A DNA stretch of 41,662 nucleotides from an uncultured Candidatus Saccharibacteria bacterium (GTDB lineage Bacteria; Patescibacteriota; Minisyncoccia; Portnoybacterales; GWB1-42-6). Shown piece by piece: positions 17,914-25,845 of the stretch (within the stretch, counting starts at the first letter, position 1; each line of letters begins with the position of its first letter). The position numbers and the translations under genes were made by a program. Location: contig CAYIFS010000001.1 of assembly GCA_964362775.1 (NCBI GenBank), forward strand, positions 6,828-48,489. The letters run 5' to 3'. The notes beneath the pieces are model-generated. The model searched no databases, was not told the DNA's origin, and was given only the letters and a program-made list of their open reading frames with translations.

Positions 17914-17920
17914 GCAAAGA

Positions 17921-18010
17921 TTGTCATCCCTTCGGGAGATCACCCATAGGGTGAAAATTAGTTCGCTTGCCTGCCGGCAGGCAAGTTCAGTCATCCCGCC
18001 AAGGCGGGAT
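17921..18010 (+). repeat. Cluster of four short GC-rich hairpins in the 3' region of the 16846 gene
   Basis: The four hairpins are:
- 17926-17940, atccc(uucg)gg(a)gat, with a UUCG tetraloop
- 17941-17953, CACCC-ATA-GGGTG
- 17966-17985, the perfect 20-nt palindrome CTTGCCTGCCGGCAGGCAAG
- 17993-18010, ATCCCGCC-AA-GGCGGGAT
The 8-mer GTCATCCC occurs at both 17923 and 17990. Confidence 0.6.
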
Positions 18011-18034
18011 TCCTCACTGCCAATTATAAGCATT

Positions 18035-18062
18035 AAAAACCCCGCTTCAAGCGGGGTTTTTT
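18035..18062 (+). terminator. Rho-independent terminator
   Basis: aaaaa-CCCCGC-ttcaa-GCGGGG-tttttt. Confidence 0.8.
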
Positions 18063-18079
18063 GGAAGAACGCAAAATGT

Positions 18080-18108
18080 TTGACATTTCCCGTCTTTTAT
18101 AAGAGAAT
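18080..18108 (+). promoter_or_regulatory. Candidate promoter TTGACA-17-GAGAAT
   Basis: A perfect -35 lies at 18080-18085. The -10 at 18103-18108 is weak (4 of 6 matches). Confidence 0.3.
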
Positions 18109-18137
18109 ATAAAAACCTTAAATTAAGCTTAAAAACC

Positions 18138-19676
18138 ATGTTTTGGCCCAACAAAAAGTTCGATTTTAACGGTCTCTTCGTTCTGGATATGGCTAATAAC
18201 CATCAGGGAAGCCTGGAACACGGTTCGCGCATCGTGCGGGAATTTGCCGCGGCGGTGCGGGAAGCCGGCGTCCGGGCCGGGATCAAGTTCCAGTTTCGCG
18301 AATTGAATTCTTTCATTCATCCCGATTTCCGGGAGTCAACCGAGAACAAACATATCCCGAGATTTTTATCAACCGCCTTTTCCAAAGAAGATTTTGCCAT
18401 TTTGGCGGAAGAAGTGAGAAATCAAGGATTAATCACCATCGCTACCCCTTTTGATGAAAAATCAGTGGAGTTGGCGGAAAAACTGGGAATTGAGATTTTG
18501 AAAGTGGCCAGTTGTTCGGCCCTGGATTGGCCGTTGCTTCAGCGCATCGCCGAGTCCGGCAAACCGGTAATTTGTTCCACCGCCAATTTGCCTTTGGCGG
18601 AGGTTGATAAGATTGTCAGCTTCTTTGACCATCGCGGCGTGGATTACGCGCTCGCGCACTGCGTGGCGGTTTATCCGACCCCCAAAGACAAATTAAATCT
18701 TGAACGGATAAAAATTTTCCGCCATCGTTATCCGCATCTTTCAATCGGTTTTTCCACTCACGAAAGCCCGGACGATCTTGACGCGATCAAGGTGGCTTAC
18801 GCCAGCGGGGCGCGCTTTTTCGAGCGCCATATCGGCGTGGAAACGGAAGATATTAAATTAAACGGTTATTCTTCCAGGCCCCACCAAATTCCCGGGTGGT
18901 TTGAAGCCTGGAAAGAAGCGGTTAAAATGCTGAATCTAAAAAACGCGGAAGACGATTTGGAAGAAAAAGAATCTTTGGAATCGCTGATGCGGGGCGTTTA
19001 TTTCCGGGATAATATCATGGCCGGCGAAAAAATCGGCCGGGAACGAGTATTTTTTGCCATGCCCCTTTTGCCGGGTCAGTTGAAATCCGGTCAATGGAAG
19101 GATGATTTGACGGCCGATCGGGATTATTTCGCCGGCCAGCCCGCGCCCGCCTCCATCAAACCCGATATTTTTTCTCAAAGAGATGTTATTTATCAAACCA
19201 TTCGCACGGTCAAAGGCATGCTCAATATGGCTCGAATTTTTCCCAATTATGATTCTTCGGTGGAAATCTCTCACCATTATGGTTTGGAAAATTTCTTTGC
19301 CGTTGGCGCGGTTATTATTGATTGTATCAACCGCGAATACTGCAAAAAACTGATTATCGTCTTGCCCGGCCAAAGCCACCCCTATCATTATCACAAAAAG
19401 AAAGAAGAGACCTTTCAGGTTTTGTCCGGTCAGATGGAAGTGGAGCTGGAAGGAAAAAAACGGATTGTTTATCCGGGCGATACGGTGCTGGTCCCTCGCG
19501 GCATTTGGCACAGTTTTTTTACGAACGAAGGCGTGATCTTTGAAGAGATTTCCACCACCCATTTTAATAACGACTCTTTTTACGCGGATAAATCAATTGA
19601 TAAACTTCCCCGGGAAGCCCGCAAGACCAAATTGATCAATTGGGGCCGTCATCAATTTGATGAATTGAAAAATTGA
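18138..19676 (+). CDS. NeuB-family (N-acetylneuraminate/pseudaminate/legionaminate synthase-like) enzyme with a SAF domain and a fused C-terminal cupin domain
   Basis: The NeuB core has LDMANNHQGSLEHG..REAGVRAGIKFQ, ATPFDEKSVELAEKLGIEILKVASCS, GKPVICST, LAHCVAVYPTP, GFSTHE and GARFFERH. The SAF-like stretch is YFRDNIMAGEKIGRERVFFAMP. The cupin motifs are LPGQSHPYHYHKKKEETFQVLSGQMEV and YPGDTVLVPRGIWHSF. Confidence 0.75.
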   Translation: MFWPNKKFDFNGLFVLDMANNHQGSLEHGSRIVREFAAAVREAGVRAGIKFQFRELNSFIHPDFRESTENKHIPRFLSTAFSKEDFAILAEEVRNQGLITIATPFDEKSVELAEKLGIEILKVASCSALDWPLLQRIAESGKPVICSTANLPLAEVDKIVSFFDHRGVDYALAHCVAVYPTPKDKLNLERIKIFRHRYPHLSIGFSTHESPDDLDAIKVAYASGARFFERHIGVETEDIKLNGYSSRPHQIPGWFEAWKEAVKMLNLKNAEDDLEEKESLESLMRGVYFRDNIMAGEKIGRERVFFAMPLLPGQLKSGQWKDDLTADRDYFAGQPAPASIKPDIFSQRDVIYQTIRTVKGMLNMARIFPNYDSSVEISHHYGLENFFAVGAVIIDCINREYCKKLIIVLPGQSHPYHYHKKKEETFQVLSGQMEVELEGKKRIVYPGDTVLVPRGIWHSFFTNEGVIFEEISTTHFNNDSFYADKSIDKLPREARKTKLINWGRHQFDELKN

Positions 19677-19690
19677 TTTTAATTCTATTT

Positions 19691-19719
19691 AAAAAAGACT
19701 CGGGAAACGGGTCTTTTTT
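19691..19719 (+). terminator. Rho-independent terminator
   Basis: aaaaa-AGACTCG-ggaaa-CGGGTCT-ttttt has a 7-bp stem with one G-U pair. Confidence 0.7.
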
Positions 19720-19734
19720 AATTTCTTCCCGCTA

Positions 19735-19763
19735 TTGAAAAAAATAACTTAATGTGCTATACT
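19735..19763 (+). promoter_or_regulatory. Near-consensus extended -10 promoter TTGAAA-17-(TGc)TATACT
   Basis: The hexamers are at 19735-19740 and 19758-19763, with TG at 19755-19756. The site is 44 nt upstream of the 19807 start. Confidence 0.55.
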
Positions 19764-19806
19764 ATTTTAAATTGAAGAAGCGGGGGAAAATTGGTAAAAT
19801 TAAAAA

Positions 19807-21174
19807 ATGAAAACCGTTTTTATCACAATTTTTTCGGGCAACGGGGCGAAATACATTCTGCGAAGCGATATTTACAGAATTATGATAAAGAACGAAGAAA
19901 TTCGGTTGGTTTTTTTTGTCAAGAATCGAGAACGGGCGGAATATTATCGGCGGGAATTTGATCATCCTCGGATGATCTTTGAAGCGATTACCAATTATCA
20001 ATTTTCTTTTACGGACAAATTATTCGGCTTTTTTAAAAAATATCTTTTGCGCTCCAAAACAATTGACTTGAAAAGATTAAAAAATTATGAAGAATCGGGT
20101 AATTGGCTTCGGTTTTCAGCAAGCTTTTTGGCCAACAGAATTTTCGCTCGGCCCCGAGTGAGAAAAATAATTCGTTTTTTGGATCAATGCTTGATCAAAG
20201 ATTGCCAATTAGTTCCTTGTTTTGAAAAATATAATCCGCAGATGTTGCTTGTTACCGATGTTTTCGACGATCGGGAAGCCGGTTTCATCCGCGAGGCCAA
20301 AAAGAGAAAAATTACTTCCGTGGGTTTGATCCTTTCTTGGGACCGCGTGACCTCCCGTTGGATGATGAGGATCTTGGCCGATAAATACATTGTCCATAAC
20401 GAAATTATGAAAGAAGAGATGGAGTTTTATTGCGACGTGAAAAAAGATAAAGTTTTTATTTCCGGCGCCATCCAGTTCGATTATTTGAAAATGCCGCTTC
20501 GCGCGACACGCGAGGAATTTTATCGCTGGAATAATATTCCATTGGATAATAAAATAATTTTATTCGGTCCGATCGGTCGGTCTTTCGATAGAACGAAGCA
20601 ATTAGATTTTGGATTAATCGAAAAATTGAATTCTTGGATAGATGAAAAAAGATTCGGTGATCATAATTTGACATTGATCGTTCGTTTCCCTCCAAATGAT
20701 TTTGTGGAGATTGATAAGCTGGTTTCTTTCCCTCACACAATTTATCAAATACCCGGAATAAGGTTTTCCCAAAAGCGGGGAGCGGACTGGGATATGACCG
20801 GCGAAGATTTGGAATTATTGAAAGAGACTCTTTATTATTCTTCTTTGGTTGTCTGTTTCTATTCCAGTTTGAGCATCGACGCGGCGTTCGTAGATAAGCC
20901 GATAATCAATATCAATTTCAATATCAAAGATAAAGAAATAATTTCTCGGCCGCATCATTATTATCAGTCCACTCATTACAGCCGGGCCTTGGCCACAGGG
21001 GGACTGAAATTGGTGGAAAGTGAACAGAAACTAATTGAAGTTTTAAAAAATTATCTTGAAAATCCTTCTCTGGATAGAGCCGGAAGAGAAGAATTGGTCA
21101 GAAGCCAATGTTTTAAGGCCGACGGTCAATCGGGCCGGCGCGCCGCCGAACTTTTGCTTTTCTGGTTAAATTAG
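19807..21174 (+). CDS. TagB/TagF-like GT-B protein, paralog 4 of 4
   Basis: It has MKTVFITIF, EAKKRKITSVGLILSWDR, ISGAIQFDYL, SLVVCFYSSLSIDAAFVDKPIININFN and ADGQSGRRAAELLL. The block order matches that of 7419, 8756 and 10144. Confidence 0.55.
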   Translation: MKTVFITIFSGNGAKYILRSDIYRIMIKNEEIRLVFFVKNRERAEYYRREFDHPRMIFEAITNYQFSFTDKLFGFFKKYLLRSKTIDLKRLKNYEESGNWLRFSASFLANRIFARPRVRKIIRFLDQCLIKDCQLVPCFEKYNPQMLLVTDVFDDREAGFIREAKKRKITSVGLILSWDRVTSRWMMRILADKYIVHNEIMKEEMEFYCDVKKDKVFISGAIQFDYLKMPLRATREEFYRWNNIPLDNKIILFGPIGRSFDRTKQLDFGLIEKLNSWIDEKRFGDHNLTLIVRFPPNDFVEIDKLVSFPHTIYQIPGIRFSQKRGADWDMTGEDLELLKETLYYSSLVVCFYSSLSIDAAFVDKPIININFNIKDKEIISRPHHYYQSTHYSRALATGGLKLVESEQKLIEVLKNYLENPSLDRAGREELVRSQCFKADGQSGRRAAELLLFWLN

Positions 21175-21177
21175 CCC

Positions 21178-22902
21178 ATGAATAAAAATCTGAAAAAAAT
21201 CTGCATCGGTCCCAAAAACACCTTGAAAGAGGCGATGGATCTGATGAATTCCAATAAGCCCGAAGTTACGCTTTTGCCGCCGGGAATAATTTTAGTTGTG
21301 AATAAAAATCAAAAACTATTGGGCATTCTTACCGACGGCGACATCCGGCGGGCGCTGGCCAAAGAAATTAAAATTGAAGATTTGGTTGAAAGAGCGATGA
21401 ATAAAAATCCTTTTTTTATTGAAACGGAAAATTTGAAATCTTCAGCCGATATTTTGCTTTTGATCTCCGACCAGATAAGAAAGGGCCAGTGGAGAAAAAA
21501 CTATTTTGAAAGGATAATCGTGGTTGATAAAAAGCGTCGGGTGAAAAATCTCCTTTCTTTGCCTGATCTTTTGCGGAGCGGCGATGTTCGTTTTAAGCAT
21601 ATCGGGATTTTTGGATTGGGATATGTGGGTTTAACTTTGGGGTTGACTTTGGCGGATCTGGGGTTTGAGGTCAAGGGTTTTGATTCAAATCCTCGCGTGG
21701 CCAAAGCGATAAAAAAAGGCCGGCCTCATTTTTTTGAAATGGGACTGGAGCCGTTGTTTAAAGACCACTCGGGAAAAGGTTTTAAGGTTGTGGATAATTT
21801 TCAAGGCGAGAATGCTTGCGATGTTTATTTTATCACGGTCGGAACGCCTCTAAAGAAAAATAAAAAGCCGGATTTGGATCATTTGGGTCAATGCGTTCGG
21901 ACTTTGGGCGGGATATTAAAACGGGGTAATGCCGTAATTGTCAGGTCAACCGTGCCCGTGGGCATCACCAGAAATTTTATTATTCCGCTTTTGGAAAAAC
22001 ATTCCAGTCTGAAAGCCGGCAATGATTTTTTGATTTCTTTCGCGCCGGAAAGGACCGTGGAAGGCCGGGCTTTGGAAGAATTGCGCAAGCTCCCGCAGGT
22101 AATCGGCGGATTCAACCGGGCCAGCGCCGATCTGACAGCCAGCATTTTCAGTTTTATGACGGATTCCATGTTTTTGGTGGATTCATTGGAAGAAGCCGAA
22201 ATCGTAAAGCTGGTAAACAATACTTATCGCGATGTGATCTTCGCTTTCGCCAATGAAGTTTCTTTGATTTGCCAGAAATGGGGAATCAATACTCATCGGG
22301 TAATTGAAGCGGCCAACGCGGGTTATGAAAGAAGCAACGTTCCTCAGCCAAGTCCGGGAGTCGGCGGCTATTGTTTGGAAAAAGACCCCTTTATTTTTAT
22401 TGAAAGCGCCAAAAGAAAATCTTATTCTCCTTTACTGGCCTTAAATGCCAGAGAAATCAGCAATCGAATTTTGAATTCAATTGCCGACAGTATTTTTGAT
22501 TTTTTGAAAAAGAACAAAAAAACAACGAAGAATTCCAAGATCTTTATTTTGGGTTTAGCCTTTAAAGGGCAACCGCTTACTTCGGACACTCGGGGTTCAA
22601 CAAGTTTGCTTTTGGCGCGAAAATTGCAAAAGAAGGGTTATCAAAATATCTGGGGTTTTGATCCTATGGTGGCCAAAGAAGCGGCGGTTCAAAGCAAGAT
22701 AAAATATGCGGCGGATATTAGAAAGGGCTTTGACCGGGCGGACGTGATTTTGATTATGAACAACAATCCGGATTTTGAAAAAATAGAGATGCGTCGTTAT
22801 TTAAATTTTTCTCGCTCGCCGATTTTGTTTTTTGACGCCTGGCATCTTTTCCATAAGGAAGAGATAGAAAAAGTTTCGGGGGTAATTTATAAAACCTTAT
22901 AA
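21178..22902 (+). CDS. CBS-pair domain fused to a UDP-glucose/GDP-mannose dehydrogenase-family NDP-sugar dehydrogenase
   Basis: The N-terminal ~130 aa hold two CBS-like motifs (LLGILTDGDIRRAL; VKNLLSLPDLL). These are followed by IGIFGLGYVGLTLGLTLADLG (NAD fold), FAPERTVEGRAL and the catalytic-Cys motif GVGGYCLEKD. Confidence 0.8.
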   Translation: MNKNLKKICIGPKNTLKEAMDLMNSNKPEVTLLPPGIILVVNKNQKLLGILTDGDIRRALAKEIKIEDLVERAMNKNPFFIETENLKSSADILLLISDQIRKGQWRKNYFERIIVVDKKRRVKNLLSLPDLLRSGDVRFKHIGIFGLGYVGLTLGLTLADLGFEVKGFDSNPRVAKAIKKGRPHFFEMGLEPLFKDHSGKGFKVVDNFQGENACDVYFITVGTPLKKNKKPDLDHLGQCVRTLGGILKRGNAVIVRSTVPVGITRNFIIPLLEKHSSLKAGNDFLISFAPERTVEGRALEELRKLPQVIGGFNRASADLTASIFSFMTDSMFLVDSLEEAEIVKLVNNTYRDVIFAFANEVSLICQKWGINTHRVIEAANAGYERSNVPQPSPGVGGYCLEKDPFIFIESAKRKSYSPLLALNAREISNRILNSIADSIFDFLKKNKKTTKNSKIFILGLAFKGQPLTSDTRGSTSLLLARKLQKKGYQNIWGFDPMVAKEAAVQSKIKYAADIRKGFDRADVILIMNNNPDFEKIEMRRYLNFSRSPILFFDAWHLFHKEEIEKVSGVIYKTL

Positions 22903-22903
22903 G

Positions 22904-24076
22904 ATGAAAGGAAAATTTTTAGTGACCAATTTCGCTTACGGCACGGGGCCCTATTTGCGGACCACGGATTTGGCCATCGCTTTTAACAATGAGCTGGAAA
23001 AGGTTGGCTCAAGAGGGCGCTTGGGAATAATCGTTCCTTGGGTCTATGGCGAAAAACAAAAAAGGGTGATGCGGGAAGAATTTTCCGGCCATTTGAAAAA
23101 ATATCCCGACGAGATTCTTTTGGACGCTCAATTGGGTTCTTTTTTAAAAACTATTTTTTACGGCGATAATAATTATCAGGATGCGTTAAGCCAATGGATA
23201 AATTCGTTTGAGGGTATTTCTCTGAAAACTCGCGATTATTTGTCCGGAAATTTGGATCTGGAGACTTTTTCGGGAAAGAAGAAAAAAATTGCCGGCAAAA
23301 ATATTGTCGTTGAATTAAATCGCTCTCCTCGCGTCTCTTATAAAATCGCGCCTTCCTATCTTACTTCCTTCGGCTATATCGAAGAGATATTGAAAAAATC
23401 GGCCGGGGTCGCCGAAATTGACGTGAAAAAAAATCTTTTGAGGCGGGGCGCGGAAACCGCTAAAAAAGCCGAGGCGGGTCATCAAATCCATTGCATCGCT
23501 TATCCGGGCACATTTTCTTTCAATAAAAATTATCAGCCTCGTTATAAAACCGAGATTTTAGTGCCGCCCATCGCCCCGCCGCCTTTGCCCAATAAAAAGA
23601 AGATCAAGAAAGGGATTTTCGTGACCATCACCGGTATCCCGGGCCTTGAAAGGCTATATCGTCAAGCCAAGGAGCTTGGTTTAAAACTTTACAGCAACGA
23701 CACAGAGGCTGTGCCGGGCAGTATTCGGGCTTTGCCCTGGATCATTCCCAATAAGAACATCGTTTTTCAATTCGCGCGATCGGGCTGGAGCTCGGTTTGG
23801 ATCTCAATGATCAGCGGCACGCCGCTCGTGGTTCCCGATTTTGATTCCAAAGACGACCCGGAAATTTATTTTAACAATCAGGCGATTGAAAAATTGGGCA
23901 TTGGCATAATTTATCGGGGCCAGCCGTTGAAGGAAATTTTAAAGCAAGCGGAAAAAATCAGAAAAAACAGCCAAATTTTAAAAAATAAAATTTTGAAACG
24001 TTGGGGGACTTTGGATGGCAACAAATATTGCGCCAAATTATTCACCGAACATTTTTTGAAAAATTTTTCCAAATGA
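22904..24076 (+). CDS. Hypothetical GT-B protein with a MurG/PseG (GT28)-like C-terminal half
   Basis: FQFARSGWSSVWISMISGTPLVVPDF....EIYFNNQAIEKLGIG resembles the GT28 C-terminal donor-binding block. The N-terminal half was not recognised. Confidence 0.4.
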   Translation: MKGKFLVTNFAYGTGPYLRTTDLAIAFNNELEKVGSRGRLGIIVPWVYGEKQKRVMREEFSGHLKKYPDEILLDAQLGSFLKTIFYGDNNYQDALSQWINSFEGISLKTRDYLSGNLDLETFSGKKKKIAGKNIVVELNRSPRVSYKIAPSYLTSFGYIEEILKKSAGVAEIDVKKNLLRRGAETAKKAEAGHQIHCIAYPGTFSFNKNYQPRYKTEILVPPIAPPPLPNKKKIKKGIFVTITGIPGLERLYRQAKELGLKLYSNDTEAVPGSIRALPWIIPNKNIVFQFARSGWSSVWISMISGTPLVVPDFDSKDDPEIYFNNQAIEKLGIGIIYRGQPLKEILKQAEKIRKNSQILKNKILKRWGTLDGNKYCAKLFTEHFLKNFSK

Positions 24077-24130
24077 TTTAAGATTGATACAACGCGTTAG
24101 ATCAGCGGACTGGATTATTAATTGTTCAAT

Positions 24131-25105
24131 ATGGCTAAAATAATCGTGGAAATTTGCCAAAATCACAATGGCGACAGGGCTCTTCTAAAAGAGATGATTT
24201 GGGCCGCCAAAGAAAACGGCGCCGATATAGTGAAGGGCCAAATCATTTTTTCCGAGGATTTGACGAAAAGAGAGCGCTTTGAGGAAGGTTTTATGGAACC
24301 AAACGGCGTCAGAAAAACCATTAAGAGGCCCTATCAAGACGAATTTGAAAGGCTAAAAAAACTTGATTTAACCGAAGATGATTATATTTTTTTTACGGAA
24401 GAATGCCGACGCGCGGATATCATTCCGATGCTGACGGTTTTTTCCCGGAATCGGGTTTCGTTGGCCTCTCCAGTGCCCTATATCGGGAAAAAATGGGTGA
24501 AAGTAGCGAGTTACGATTGCGGCAGTCTCTCGTTGATTAAAGAACTGGCTGTTAATTTTGATAATTTGATTATTTCCACCGGCGCGAGCTTTGACGAAGA
24601 AATCCAAAAAACCGCGGAAATTTTGAAAAATAAAAACAAGGAATTTGTTTTTTTGCACTGTGTGACCAGCTATCCCAATTCTTTGGAAATGGCCAATTTG
24701 GCTCGGCTTGAATGGTTGAGAAAATTGACGCCGCAAGTCGGTTGGTCCGACCACACGCTCGTTTCGCGCGACGGCCTCAAGGCCTCAAAGGTGGCTTTAG
24801 CGCTGGGCGCGGATTATATTGAGCGGCATTTTACGGTGCTTCCTTCGGATAAAACCAAAGACGGTCCGGTTTCCATCAGCCCGGTTTTGCTTAAAGAATT
24901 GGCCGATTTCGCTAAATTGTCCAAAAAAGAGCAAAGATTGAGAGTGGAAAAAGAAATTCCCGAATGGAGAATTTTGATCGGTTTTCCCCAAAGAGAAATG
25001 ACCCAAATTGAAATGCTGAATCGGGATTATTATCGGGGCCGTTTCGCCAGTTTTAAAAACAACGAATGGATCTTTAATTGGGAGGACAAAGATTTAAACA
25101 TTTAA
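24131..25105 (+). CDS. NeuB-family sugar-PEP condensing synthase, copy 2 (short form)
   Basis: It has AKIIVEICQNHNGDRALLKEMIWAAKENGADIVKGQ, VKVASYDCGS, LHCVTSYP, GWSDHT and ADYIERHFT. ATG 24131 is preferred over TTG 24122. Confidence 0.75.
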   Translation: MAKIIVEICQNHNGDRALLKEMIWAAKENGADIVKGQIIFSEDLTKRERFEEGFMEPNGVRKTIKRPYQDEFERLKKLDLTEDDYIFFTEECRRADIIPMLTVFSRNRVSLASPVPYIGKKWVKVASYDCGSLSLIKELAVNFDNLIISTGASFDEEIQKTAEILKNKNKEFVFLHCVTSYPNSLEMANLARLEWLRKLTPQVGWSDHTLVSRDGLKASKVALALGADYIERHFTVLPSDKTKDGPVSISPVLLKELADFAKLSKKEQRLRVEKEIPEWRILIGFPQREMTQIEMLNRDYYRGRFASFKNNEWIFNWEDKDLNI

Positions 25106-25120
25106 TTTTATTATCAGACG

Positions 25121-25840
25121 ATGATTAATAAAAAAAAGGTTTTGGCCATCATTCCGGCCCGAGGCGGTTCTAAAGGCATTCCGAAAAAAAATATTTTCCC
25201 GCTGGCGGGCAAGCCCTTAATTGCTTACAGTATTGAATCAGTTAAAGCGTCTAAATTGATTGACCGAGTGATAGTTTCCACCGACAGCGAAGAAATAAGA
25301 AAAATCGCCGAAAAGCTTGGCGCGGAAACGCCTTTTTTGCGGCCAGCAGAAATCGCTCAAGATATGACCCCTGATTTGCCGGTTTTTGAGCATTGCTTGG
25401 CTTGGCTGAAAAAAAGAGAAAATTATATCCCCGAAATTATTGTTCATTTAAGGCCCACCGGCCCCTTGCGCACCGGCAAAGAAATTGACGAAGCGATCCG
25501 TCTTTTGGAAAAATATCCCCAGGCCGATAGCGTGCGTTCGGTGGAAAAACCGCCCAAGCCTCCTTATAAAATGTGGAAGCCCGACGGCGTTTTTATCAAA
25601 CCGTTTGTCAGCTATTTGCCGGGAATTAAGGATTTTCATACGGCGCCGAGACAATCTCTTCCTTTGGTTTTTCAAACGACCGCGGATATCGGGGTTTTTC
25701 GTTCAAAGATTGTTCAAGAGAAAAAATCCATTATTGGCGATAAAGTTTTGCCTTTTTTACTGCGACGGCCGACGGTGGATATTGACGACAAAACCGATTT
25801 TTTAATCGCCGAACTATTATTAAAGAAATCTAAAAGTTAA
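25121..25840 (+). CDS. Acylneuraminate cytidylyltransferase-family CMP-sugar synthetase, copy 2
   Basis: It has LAIIPARGGSKGIPKKNIFPLAGKPLIAYSI and VIVSTDSEEIRKIAEKLGAETPFLRPAE, plus KPPYKMWK, which copy 1 shares as KHPYKMWK. Confidence 0.8.
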   Translation: MINKKKVLAIIPARGGSKGIPKKNIFPLAGKPLIAYSIESVKASKLIDRVIVSTDSEEIRKIAEKLGAETPFLRPAEIAQDMTPDLPVFEHCLAWLKKRENYIPEIIVHLRPTGPLRTGKEIDEAIRLLEKYPQADSVRSVEKPPKPPYKMWKPDGVFIKPFVSYLPGIKDFHTAPRQSLPLVFQTTADIGVFRSKIVQEKKSIIGDKVLPFLLRRPTVDIDDKTDFLIAELLLKKSKS

Positions 25841-25845
25841 ATTCC

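Noticed and set aside
17921-18112. A 63-aa ORF is called downstream of the oxidoreductase gene.
   Set aside because: It reads straight through four hairpins and a terminator (peptide ...SSLACRQASSVIPPRRDSS...). This is characteristic of repeat DNA being translated, not of a gene.
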